From the IMG/VR virus record IMGVR_UViG_3300021964_000041, positions 15,466 through 79,465 of that record: a stretch of DNA of 64,000 nt. One strand, 5' to 3'. Position 1 is the first letter of the stretch. The number at the start of each line of letters is the position of its first letter. The position numbers and the translations under genes were made by a program. The notes beneath the pieces are model-generated. The model was given only the letters and a program-made list of their open reading frames with translations, did not search any database and was not told where the DNA came from. Below are positions 29,628 through 38,105 of this stretch, one piece after another. The stretch comes from a virus.

Positions 29628-30800
29628 ATGTCAGATAATATCAACAACAACTGGCAGGAAACCAAAGAAGCACTTTTAGAAGGCCTAAATGGTTCGAAAA
29701 AAGGTGTAATGGACGTCACTCTCGAGAACACTCGTAAGTATCTCGCTGAGGCGGCATCTTCTGGGGCAACTTCCGCAGGGAACGTAGCAACTCTTAACAG
29801 AGTTATCCTTCCAGTAATTAGACGTGTAATGCCAACTACAATCGCAAATGAGATTGTTGGTGTTCAACCAATGACTGGACCTGTAGCACAGATCCATACA
29901 TTACGTGTCCGTTATGCAGACACAGCAGACACAGCAACAGCGGGTGAAGAAGCACTTTCTCCATTCAAAATTGCTGAAGGTTATTCAGGTAACGCATCTA
30001 CTAATGGCGCAGACGCAACTGCAACGTTAGAAGGTACACCTGGTAACAAGTTGTCAATTCAAATCTTAAAACAAGCAGTAGAAGCGAAAACTCGTAAACT
30101 ATCTGCACGTTGGACATTTGAAGCGGCACAAGATGCACAAGCACAACAAGGCATCGACGTAGAGGCTGAAATTATGGCGGCTTTAGCACAAGAAATTACT
30201 GCTGAAATCGACCAAGAGATCATCCAATCACTTCGTTCATTAGCATCAGTTGAAGAAACTTACAACCAAGCAGGTGTAAGTGGTACAGCAACTTTCGTTG
30301 GTGACGAACATGCGGCGTTAGCAGTTCTAATTAACAGAACTTCTAACAAGATCGCTCAGCGTACACGTAGAGGCGCAGGTAACTTTGCAGTGGTTTCAAA
30401 CCAAGCATTAACTATCCTACAGTCTGCTACAACTTCAGCGTTCGCAAGAACTACAGAAGGTACATTTGAAGGACCAACAAATACTAAATTTGTAGGAACT
30501 TTAAACAACTCTATGAGAGTTTACGTTGACGCTTATCTTGCTGATTCAGGTCAAGATGACAACCAAGTGTTAGTTGGTTACAAAGGCTCATCAGAAGCAG
30601 ATGCGGCGGCATTCTATTGCCCATACATTCCGCTAATGTCTTCAGGTGTTGTACTAGATCCAGCAACATTTGAACCAGTTGTTTCTTTCATGACACGTTA
30701 CGGTTATGTAGAATTAACAAACACTGCATCTTCACTTGGTAACGCGGCTGACTACTTAGGCAGAGTATCAATTACTTCTGCTAACGTATCATTCTCGTAA
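29628..30800 (+). CDS. Major capsid protein, T4 gp23-like
   Basis: LPVIRRVMP..IANEIVGVQPMTGP, AKTRKLSARWTFEAAQD, AAAFYCPYIPL, FEPVVSFMTRYG. Confidence 0.96.
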   Translation: MSDNINNNWQETKEALLEGLNGSKKGVMDVTLENTRKYLAEAASSGATSAGNVATLNRVILPVIRRVMPTTIANEIVGVQPMTGPVAQIHTLRVRYADTADTATAGEEALSPFKIAEGYSGNASTNGADATATLEGTPGNKLSIQILKQAVEAKTRKLSARWTFEAAQDAQAQQGIDVEAEIMAALAQEITAEIDQEIIQSLRSLASVEETYNQAGVSGTATFVGDEHAALAVLINRTSNKIAQRTRRGAGNFAVVSNQALTILQSATTSAFARTTEGTFEGPTNTKFVGTLNNSMRVYVDAYLADSGQDDNQVLVGYKGSSEADAAAFYCPYIPLMSSGVVLDPATFEPVVSFMTRYGYVELTNTASSLGNAADYLGRVSITSANVSFS

Positions 30801-30822
30801 TCCATAGAAGATAACGTAATCC

Positions 30823-30854
30823 AAATAGGGCGGCTTAGGTCGCCCTATTTTTTT
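30823..30854 (+). terminator. Rho-independent terminator after the major capsid gene
   Basis: AAATAGGGCGGC-TTAG-GTCGCCCTATTT followed by a T tract. Confidence 0.9.
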
Positions 30855-30869
30855 GGCTTAAATACAGTT

Positions 30870-31145
30870 ATGAAAGAATTAGAAACATCACTGGATTGGC
30901 AAGCCATTGAACAAGAACTCAGAGAGATGGGAAAAACTGCTCCTGAGTTTAGATTTAATATTATAAAATTTTGTTCATCAATACAAAGCGAAGTACGAAA
31001 ACTTTCAGATATTGAAATAGATATTAGAAGAAGACCAAGCGATAGTTTATTAGTAAAGCATAAAGATCAATCTAAAAAGATCAATGATGCAATAAAATTG
31101 TTCTCACAAACACACTTATTACACCTGTTTAGCAGGGTTGACTAA
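30870..31145 (+). CDS. Hypothetical protein (91 aa)
   Basis: Fills the gap after the terminator; TAAATA-N5-ATG start. Confidence 0.6.
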   Translation: MKELETSLDWQAIEQELREMGKTAPEFRFNIIKFCSSIQSEVRKLSDIEIDIRRRPSDSLLVKHKDQSKKINDAIKLFSQTHLLHLFSRVD

Positions 31146-31152
31146 ATACATT

Positions 31153-31230
31153 GTCAGATATGTTCCATTCGAAGTAATGGACTTATGCAGTACTAAACCC
31201 ACTGCGTACCGGCTAGAACCCGGATCGGAC
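31153..31230 (+). ncRNA. Cloverleaf-like four-way-junction 5' leader (candidate cis-regulatory RNA)
   Basis: Closing stem GTCAGAT/ATCGGAC encloses TCCATT/AATGGA, TATGCAGT/ACTGCGTA and CCGG/CCGG arms; begins 5 nt downstream of the TAAATA box (31143-48). Confidence 0.5.
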
Positions 31231-31251
31231 TTCTAAAAAAGGAGAAAACAA

Positions 31252-31698
31252 ATGGGTAGACCACTTAATAAAAGATACTTCGGCGAACCTACTGCGGGTG
31301 GAAATGAAATCAAAGTTGATTTTCACAACGGTACAAGTGTAGTTGAAGGACACATTGTAAGACAAAAAGGTAGCAAGAAGTTTGTAGTATCAGAAATTGG
31401 TGCTTCAGACACCGAATATACTTGCACATTAACAACTGGTAAACTAATGTCAGCACTAGCGGCTGGTGAAATGGGTATCACGTTTAAAATGGACGATGCA
31501 GAAACTTACCAAGTTTCTAAAATTTCAGGTCGTAAAGCAACACTAGTTGCTCCAGATGCTACAGGTACTAACGCATATGACGGAAAGTCAGTGCCATGGA
31601 ACTTTAACACATCTGTTGTAGACGGTGCGGCACAAGTTGAAGAGGCTGGTGACGACGATGTTGCTGGCGTTGATGACGACGATTTCGTTAACGCATAA
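31252..31698 (+). CDS. Putative virion structural protein
   Basis: Strong AAGGAG SD, own late box and own terminator; MGRPLNKRYFG...HIVRQKGSKKFVV. Confidence 0.6.
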   Translation: MGRPLNKRYFGEPTAGGNEIKVDFHNGTSVVEGHIVRQKGSKKFVVSEIGASDTEYTCTLTTGKLMSALAAGEMGITFKMDDAETYQVSKISGRKATLVAPDATGTNAYDGKSVPWNFNTSVVDGAAQVEEAGDDDVAGVDDDDFVNA

Positions 31699-31718
31699 TC
31701 GTAGTTTTACTAAACTTG

Positions 31719-31752
31719 AGAAGAGGGCAAATTTACTTTGCCCTTTTCTTTT
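31719..31752 (+). terminator. Rho-independent terminator
   Basis: AGAAGAGGGCAAA...TTTGCCCTTTTCTTTT. Confidence 0.8.
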
Positions 31753-31786
31753 GACTAAATAATAGCATACGATAGGATCCTAATGC

Positions 31787-32716
31787 ATGGCAACTGATAT
31801 TTTAAAATTAACCGGTGATTACAAGATTGTAACTGCTAGTGGTGGCGAAGTTACCCTTAATACAGGTACGAGAAGAGGAACTACTAGAGTTACAGGAAAT
31901 TTAATTGTAGAAGGTACTACTACAACTGTTGACACTGAAGAACTTGCTATTGAAGATGCAATTATTACCCTTAATAAAAATGAAACAGGTAATGGTGTAT
32001 CTCTAGGACAAAGTGGTATTGACATTGAAAGAGGTACTGCTGATAATGCTACTATACTTTGGGACGATACATTAAGTTATACTAGACCAAATGGCGGTAC
32101 TGGCGAAGGTATTTTTACATTTAAAGTTGGATCAGGATTAGCCGCAATTAGAACTAATCATATCAGTACTACAGGCGATGATATTGTTTTCTTAGGAACT
32201 AATGCACCTAATGCTAAACTAAGTGTTAGAGGTACAACAAACTACGAAACTGGTTTACAAGATGACGATATTCCAAATGTAAGATATGTAAACCAAGCAT
32301 TCCAAACAATTAACATTCCTCAAATTCAAGCAGATAATACTATCATGAAAGCAGAAGATACAGCAGAGGGTGATGCAGTATCAAGATTGCTTGGAAAAGT
32401 AGATAATGTTATTAGAGTTGATATTAGATCAGATATTATGACTTTTGGTAGTTTAGAATTTGATGATACTATTATTAGACCAACAAATACAAACGATGAA
32501 CTAGTTTTACAAGCAAATGGATCAGGTGAAGTAGTAATTGATGAAATATTAAGTTTGCCTACAGTAAGCACAACACCTTCAGGTACTGATGGGCGTTTAA
32601 AAGTATATAAAGATTCAGAAGGGTTCGGCGGAACTGGTCTCTTTTTTGTAAATAACACTACTAACGGAGAGATAACTAGCAAAAGAAAAGCCATGCTCAT
32701 GAGCATGATATTTTAG
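31787..32716 (+). CDS. Fibre/appendage-like structural protein
   Basis: VTGNLIVEGTTTTVDTEELAIEDAIITLN...SGIDIERGT...ILWDD is a fibre-shaft pattern; hydrophobic C-terminal AMLMSMIF. Confidence 0.6.
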   Translation: MATDILKLTGDYKIVTASGGEVTLNTGTRRGTTRVTGNLIVEGTTTTVDTEELAIEDAIITLNKNETGNGVSLGQSGIDIERGTADNATILWDDTLSYTRPNGGTGEGIFTFKVGSGLAAIRTNHISTTGDDIVFLGTNAPNAKLSVRGTTNYETGLQDDDIPNVRYVNQAFQTINIPQIQADNTIMKAEDTAEGDAVSRLLGKVDNVIRVDIRSDIMTFGSLEFDDTIIRPTNTNDELVLQANGSGEVVIDEILSLPTVSTTPSGTDGRLKVYKDSEGFGGTGLFFVNNTTNGEITSKRKAMLMSMIF

Positions 32717-32725
32717 GATAAAGAT

Positions 32726-33070
32726 ATGGCAATAACAAATAGTTTTATAGATGCAACACTTACAACTGTGTACACTTCATCAGGTGAGAATGCTGTAACA
32801 AGCATGATTTTCTGTAACTACGCAGATGCGGATAATATTCCTGGTGATAATATCTTGACTGATGCTGATACGTTTCTTGATTTACATATTGTAAGATCAG
32901 GTGAAAGTGCAACAGATGTAAACAAAATCTTACATCAATTAAAAATTCCTGCAGGAGAAACTTTTATTATGGATACTGAAAAGTTTGTTCTTGAAACTGG
33001 AGATAAAGTTATTGCACAGACTACGTCACCAGCAACTATTTCAGTTACGATTTCAACAATAGCGGTGTAA
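32726..33070 (+). CDS. Small beta-sandwich virion protein (paralogue 1 of 3)
   Basis: TTVYT...SMIFCN...IPAGETF..DTEKFVLETGDKVIA pattern shared with 37398 and 51277. Confidence 0.6.
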   Translation: MAITNSFIDATLTTVYTSSGENAVTSMIFCNYADADNIPGDNILTDADTFLDLHIVRSGESATDVNKILHQLKIPAGETFIMDTEKFVLETGDKVIAQTTSPATISVTISTIAV

Positions 33071-33074
33071 TAAT

Positions 33075-33563
33075 ATGCGTTTTGTAAAACAACAACAGAT
33101 TAACAGAAAAATGATAGTCGACAAATCAGTGTTTGTTGACATTGACGGGTCAGTAAGTTTCCAAGGTGCTGTTGGTGGATTGCAATTAGGTACAGGTGAT
33201 ACAAGCCAACGTAGTGGTGCGCCTGTTAACGGAACTATTCGTTATAATAATCAAATAAATGAAATTGAAGCATACATTAACAATGCATGGGAAACCATTA
33301 GATCAGATCGTCCTGGTAACATTGTTGTACAAAACTTAGGTACAGGTGATGCTTCTGAAACACAGTTTGGTACATTAGAACCTAAACCAGCCGCGGCTGA
33401 GAATGTACTTGTACTTGTTGAAAACGTTGTGCAGATTGCAGGTGTAAACTACACAATGACAGTAGACAACAACGGAGACAAATATATTAAATTTGATTCT
33501 CCAGTTCCTTTAGGCAAAGACGTCACCGTTATACACGGCTTCGACGGTAGCATTGTAGGTTAA
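33075..33563 (+). CDS. Virion structural protein
   Basis: GDTSQRSGAPVNGTIRYNNQINEIEAYINNAW module (also twice in 33711) and a VLVLVENVVQ...YTM...IKFDSP module. Confidence 0.6.
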   Translation: MRFVKQQQINRKMIVDKSVFVDIDGSVSFQGAVGGLQLGTGDTSQRSGAPVNGTIRYNNQINEIEAYINNAWETIRSDRPGNIVVQNLGTGDASETQFGTLEPKPAAAENVLVLVENVVQIAGVNYTMTVDNNGDKYIKFDSPVPLGKDVTVIHGFDGSIVG

Positions 33564-33613
33564 TTTTTAACTACTAACTTACGGTTTTTCCAATTAAGAC
33601 TAAATACTATTAA

Positions 33614-33697
33614 TGCAGACTTGACCGTTTAGGTTTGCAGGACAAACAGTGGTTAACCCGCTATGTAAGGTGGTTAGAGGCACAGGATGCCCGGTTT
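33614..33697 (+). promoter_or_regulatory. Structured 5' leader with a CAGGAUG hairpin
   Basis: After TAAATA (33601-06): TGCAGACTT/AGGTTTGCA, TTAACC/GGTTAG and GGCA-CAGGA-TGCC stems, ending just before the AGGAG SD. Confidence 0.45.
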
Positions 33698-33710
33698 ATA
33701 GGAGAACACA

Positions 33711-36700
33711 ATGGCCGTCGGTCGTATTTCGGGTCCGTTGTTAAAGGCAAACCTACTTCGTAATGGAGTGGATTTAGCATTTGAAACGGATTTATTATAT
33801 TTGGATGTTAACAATGGTCGCATTGGCGTAAAGAAGACCAATCCTTCCTATGAACTAGATGTAAACGGTACAGTACAAACAACAGACTGGATTGCTACAA
33901 ATTCAGCAACAACAGGTAATTTAACTTTTCAAGGAAACACAATCAGCAGTACACTAGGTACTATTGAATTGACACCTAGTGGTGGTGATCCTGTAATTTA
34001 TCATTCAAGAATTCAAGTCGATTCATTAGAAATGAACGACAACACTATTAGCACAATAGATTCAAATGCATCAATTGAACTTGCTCCTAACGGTACAGGT
34101 ACTATCGAACTATTAGGAAACACAAACGTCACAGGAAACTTATATGCGACTGGCAATATTACTGCTGGCGGAAATATTAATTTAGGTGATGCTGATACTG
34201 ACACTGTTAATTTCAAAGCAGATGTTGTTTCAAATATTATTCCAGACGTTGATCAAATTTACACACTAGGTACTCCTAGCAAACGTTGGAAAACACTAAA
34301 CTCTAGACAAGCAAACATTGACAATATTCAAATTACTGATAGTTTGATCGAAACTATTGACAGTAATGCAGATTTAACTATTCGTGCAAACGGAACAGGT
34401 AAAGTAAGAATTGAAAACTTGCTTTTGAATGAAGCAGGAAATACATATCATGTTACTACTAACGGTGATGACACAGAAGAAGGTACTAGTGTCGACAATG
34501 CTTTTGCTACAATAAAACATGCTCTAAGTGTTGCTACATCAGGCGACAATATTAAAATTAGTGCAGGAACATACACTGAAGCATTTCCACTAGTGGTACC
34601 AGCGGGTGTTACTGTAGGTGGTGAAGGACTAAGAGCAACAGTTATAAAACCTACAGCAGGAACAAATAATAAAGACTGTTTTCATTTAAACAGTGGCACA
34701 ACAGTACAACATATTTCGATTAAAGATATGTTTTACGATTCGGTAAATGATACAGGATATGCTTTTGCTTTTAATCCTGCAGGTGTTACGGTTCCATTAC
34801 AATCTCCATACATTATTAATTGTACGGTTTTAAACAAAGGTACTGTAACGAGTGCTAGTGATCCATATGGGTTTGATTCAGGTAACGCAGGACGCGGTGC
34901 TAAAATTGATGGCAGTTTAGTTACTACAAGTTCAATCGAAGCGGCAATGTTGTTTAATGATTCTACTTTCTTTGTACCAAACTCAGTTGGTTTATATATG
35001 ACTAACGGTGCAAGATGTGAATGGTTAAACAGTTTCATTTACTTTGCTGACAAAGGTATTATTGGTGAATCAGGTACTGCTGGTAGAGGCGGCGACGGAA
35101 AAACTATTGTTGATCTTACAAACCAAGTAGGTACATTCAATGTTGCTGACACAGTAACATTAACATCTGAAGATGGCTCTACAGTACTTGCACAAGGAAC
35201 TATTGAAGCAAAAGAAATAGTTGATGGTAGATTAAGATTAACATTTGATGGCAAAACTACAGGTTGGGTAACCAATCTTGATAGAGAATCAAAAACAATT
35301 TCACTTTCAGGTAACAGTCAATTAAGTACAGCACAAAAGAAATTTGGTACAGCAAGTTTATACCTAGATGGTACTGGTGATTATGCAAGTATTTCAAGTA
35401 CTAAAGACTTTGGGTTTGGTGATGGAAACTTTACAGTTGAAGGATTTTTTAGATTTGACGATGTAACAGGTACAAAATATCTGTTTGATATGAGAGATGA
35501 TTCAAGCACAACTGCAATAGCAGTTTATGCCGATGGAGCCAATGTAAAAGTTTCTGTTGCAGGTAGCGACATTATTACAGGTACAGATACACTATTAGCA
35601 AATACATTTTATCATATTGCTGTTGCAAGATCAAATGACGGAACAAAATTATTCATTAACGGATCTCAAGACGGGTCAACATATTCAGACTCCAACAACT
35701 ACGGTACATCAAAACCGTTCTACATTGGCGGAGAATATGATAACACAAACTTGTTTAAAGGATACATTGATGAAGTAAGAGTAACAAATGGTTTACCAAG
35801 ATACTTAGGATCATACACAACACCAACAGCAGAGTTTGTTGGAGATCCTACGACAGTATTTTTAACACACTTTAACGGAACAAATGCAAGTACAACTGTT
35901 ACTGAAGATGTTGAAGTTGCATTAGACATTGAAAGTTCAAGTGGCGGTACTGCAACAGGTATTGCATTTATTGATCTAAAACAATTTGGTGCTGAATTGA
36001 GAGCAATTGGTTCAGCAAACGTTTATGGTAACCAGGGTGTTGTTGCAGACGGCGACGGAGTTTTACTAAGACTTATTAATCATAACTTTGGATATATGGG
36101 TGTAGGTAAAGCACTTGAAAATGATGTATCAAAAGTTATACAAGCAAACGAAATTACACAAACCAACAATGGTAAAGTACTGTTTAGTTCAATTGACCAA
36201 AGCGGTGACTTTAGGGTTGGTAATGCATTTACAGTTGATCAAGAAACAGGTAACGTAACATTTGAAGCACAGAGTTTTGATATTAGTTCATTAAGTGGAC
36301 TTACATTTACAGATGGCGGCAGTACTACTATTGTAGATCCTAGTAGATTAGAAACAGGCAATATTAGAATTAGTGGTAACCAAATTATTACAACAACAGG
36401 AGATTTAACTCTTAATCCAGATGGTGGAAACAATGTTGTAATTGATGGTAACTTAGATATTACTGGCGGATTTATTCAACTACGTGATGCTGATGGTGAT
36501 ACTAAAGTAACTGTTGAAAGCGACTTTGGCGCTGACGAAGATACAATTAATTTCCAAGTTGCAGGAGCAACCATTGCTTATGTTGATGCTGATGGATTGC
36601 AAACTACTTCATTTATATCAGACGAAGTTAAATTAATTAACAACTCTGTACAAACATTTAGAAATGATACAAACTTAGAAATTTTTGCTGACGGTGCTGG

Positions 36701-37391
36701 CTATGTTGACTTTAACAGTGACGATGCTATTAAATTACCGTCTGGTACAACTGCACAAAGACCAGCAACACCTGTAAATGGTATGTTCAGATATAATACA
36801 AGTTCAAATGTTTTTGAATTGTATGCTAACGGCTTCTGGAACGCTGTTGGTGGTAGTGTTAGTGGTGTTGTTGACCAAGATTTGGACACATATATTACTG
36901 CTGAATTATCACAAGGTAATGACGATGACACATTTAGATTTTACAATGCAAGTACGTTATCAGCAGATTTAAATTCTACTAGATTTAATGTTGATACAAT
37001 ACATGCAAATACCATTAGTACAGAGGCTGTAGATGCAGATCTTACCCTTGCTCCAAACGGCACAGGTAAGGTAATAGTTGGTGATATTGAGATTGATCAA
37101 ATCACAAATACGATAACTAATACTGTAGCAGATAGTGTTTCGAGTTTTAGTAGTACTAATGAAGGTTATTGGGACTTTACTGGTACAAACGGATTTAAAG
37201 TTCCGGTTGGTGACAACAATGATAGACCACAAACAAATGTTGCTACAGGGTTATTAAGATATAATACTCAAGGTGGTAAATTAGAAATTTGGAATGGTGT
37301 TACTTGGTCGTCAGTAGTTGGATCAAGTGGTGGTATTACTTTTGCAGAAGCAGAAGATTTATCATTTATTAACGCATTATTATTTGGATAG
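33711..37391 (+). CDS. Large fibre/spike protein with beta-helix-like and LamG/ConA-like domains
   Basis: Fibre-shaft repeats; YHVTTNGDD...AFATIKHAL...GTYTE...GEGLRAT beta-helix entry; LamG-like FTVEGFF...FYHIAVAR...FKGYIDEVRV; SIDQSGDFRVG motif. Confidence 0.7.
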   Translation: MAVGRISGPLLKANLLRNGVDLAFETDLLYLDVNNGRIGVKKTNPSYELDVNGTVQTTDWIATNSATTGNLTFQGNTISSTLGTIELTPSGGDPVIYHSRIQVDSLEMNDNTISTIDSNASIELAPNGTGTIELLGNTNVTGNLYATGNITAGGNINLGDADTDTVNFKADVVSNIIPDVDQIYTLGTPSKRWKTLNSRQANIDNIQITDSLIETIDSNADLTIRANGTGKVRIENLLLNEAGNTYHVTTNGDDTEEGTSVDNAFATIKHALSVATSGDNIKISAGTYTEAFPLVVPAGVTVGGEGLRATVIKPTAGTNNKDCFHLNSGTTVQHISIKDMFYDSVNDTGYAFAFNPAGVTVPLQSPYIINCTVLNKGTVTSASDPYGFDSGNAGRGAKIDGSLVTTSSIEAAMLFNDSTFFVPNSVGLYMTNGARCEWLNSFIYFADKGIIGESGTAGRGGDGKTIVDLTNQVGTFNVADTVTLTSEDGSTVLAQGTIEAKEIVDGRLRLTFDGKTTGWVTNLDRESKTISLSGNSQLSTAQKKFGTASLYLDGTGDYASISSTKDFGFGDGNFTVEGFFRFDDVTGTKYLFDMRDDSSTTAIAVYADGANVKVSVAGSDIITGTDTLLANTFYHIAVARSNDGTKLFINGSQDGSTYSDSNNYGTSKPFYIGGEYDNTNLFKGYIDEVRVTNGLPRYLGSYTTPTAEFVGDPTTVFLTHFNGTNASTTVTEDVEVALDIESSSGGTATGIAFIDLKQFGAELRAIGSANVYGNQGVVADGDGVLLRLINHNFGYMGVGKALENDVSKVIQANEITQTNNGKVLFSSIDQSGDFRVGNAFTVDQETGNVTFEAQSFDISSLSGLTFTDGGSTTIVDPSRLETGNIRISGNQIITTTGDLTLNPDGGNNVVIDGNLDITGGFIQLRDADGDTKVTVESDFGADEDTINFQVAGATIAYVDADGLQTTSFISDEVKLINNSVQTFRNDTNLEIFADGAGYVDFNSDDAIKLPSGTTAQRPATPVNGMFRYNTSSNVFELYANGFWNAVGGSVSGVVDQDLDTYITAELSQGNDDDTFRFYNASTLSADLNSTRFNVDTIHANTISTEAVDADLTLAPNGTGKVIVGDIEIDQITNTITNTVADSVSSFSSTNEGYWDFTGTNGFKVPVGDNNDRPQTNVATGLLRYNTQGGKLEIWNGVTWSSVVGSSGGITFAEAEDLSFINALLFG

Positions 37392-37397
37392 GAAAAC

Positions 37398-37727
37398 ATG
37401 GCAAACTTATTAAAAACAGCAGTAATAGCAGACGTAGGAAAACTACCAATTGATGTTGCAACCGTGGCGGCGGGAAGAAAAATTATTGTAATTGGAATGA
37501 CTATGACAAATAAAAAAGATTCAACAGTGCTTGGCAATGTATTTGTTAAGGATCCAGGAAGTGTTACTGCGTATTATGCAAAAGATATTCCACTTCCACC
37601 GAATGGTTCTGCAAGAATTGTTAATGGCGGTGAAAAATTAGTATTAGACCAAGATCACACGTTACAAGTATCATCAAGTTATCCTGATAGTGTAGATGTA
37701 ATTGTAAGTTATGCGGAGCAATCTTAA
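37398..37727 (+). CDS. Small beta-sandwich virion protein (paralogue 2 of 3)
   Basis: IVIGMTMTN...IPLPPNGSARIVNGGEKLVLDQDHTLQV. Confidence 0.6.
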   Translation: MANLLKTAVIADVGKLPIDVATVAAGRKIIVIGMTMTNKKDSTVLGNVFVKDPGSVTAYYAKDIPLPPNGSARIVNGGEKLVLDQDHTLQVSSSYPDSVDVIVSYAEQS

Positions 37728-37739
37728 TAGGAGAATAAA

Positions 37740-38087
37740 ATGGCTGATTATGTAGGAGCAAATGTAAACCAAGTTATAGACGGAATGGGAACACGTTATT
37801 TCTATGGTTTAAGAAAACAAGATGATGGATCAATATATCTTGCAACAGTTGATCAACTTAACCCTAATGACCAAATTGAAATTAACGTTCCAGGTGATAT
37901 TACACAGAACTATAATGATTTTGACATTGGACAGGACTTTTTTGAAGGTAGAGATGTAAACCATGAAAAGGTTTATGAAAATCTAAAATACGAACAGTAC
38001 AGATGGGACTACCAAAAAATTAATTATTATATCAACGAGGATGGTAACTTAGTCGCAAGAGTAAACGACCCATACGATTACAGTTAA
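37740..38087 (+). CDS. Hypothetical virion-associated protein
   Basis: AGGAG SD; within the structural operon; YFYGLRK...YEQYRWD...YYINEDGNLVARVN. Confidence 0.6.
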   Translation: MADYVGANVNQVIDGMGTRYFYGLRKQDDGSIYLATVDQLNPNDQIEINVPGDITQNYNDFDIGQDFFEGRDVNHEKVYENLKYEQYRWDYQKINYYINEDGNLVARVNDPYDYS

Positions 38088-38105
38088 ATACAGGTGAAGT
38101 AAAAA

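Noticed and set aside
26780-29897. Many antisense ORFs of 60-220 aa, here and throughout the track
   Set aside because: Shadow frames of well-supported genes, Ser/Leu-rich, with no translation signals.
31153-31230. tRNA gene
   Set aside because: Cloverleaf-like, but no TTCRA loop, a 9-nt loop in the anticodon position, a 4-bp T-like stem and no CCA.
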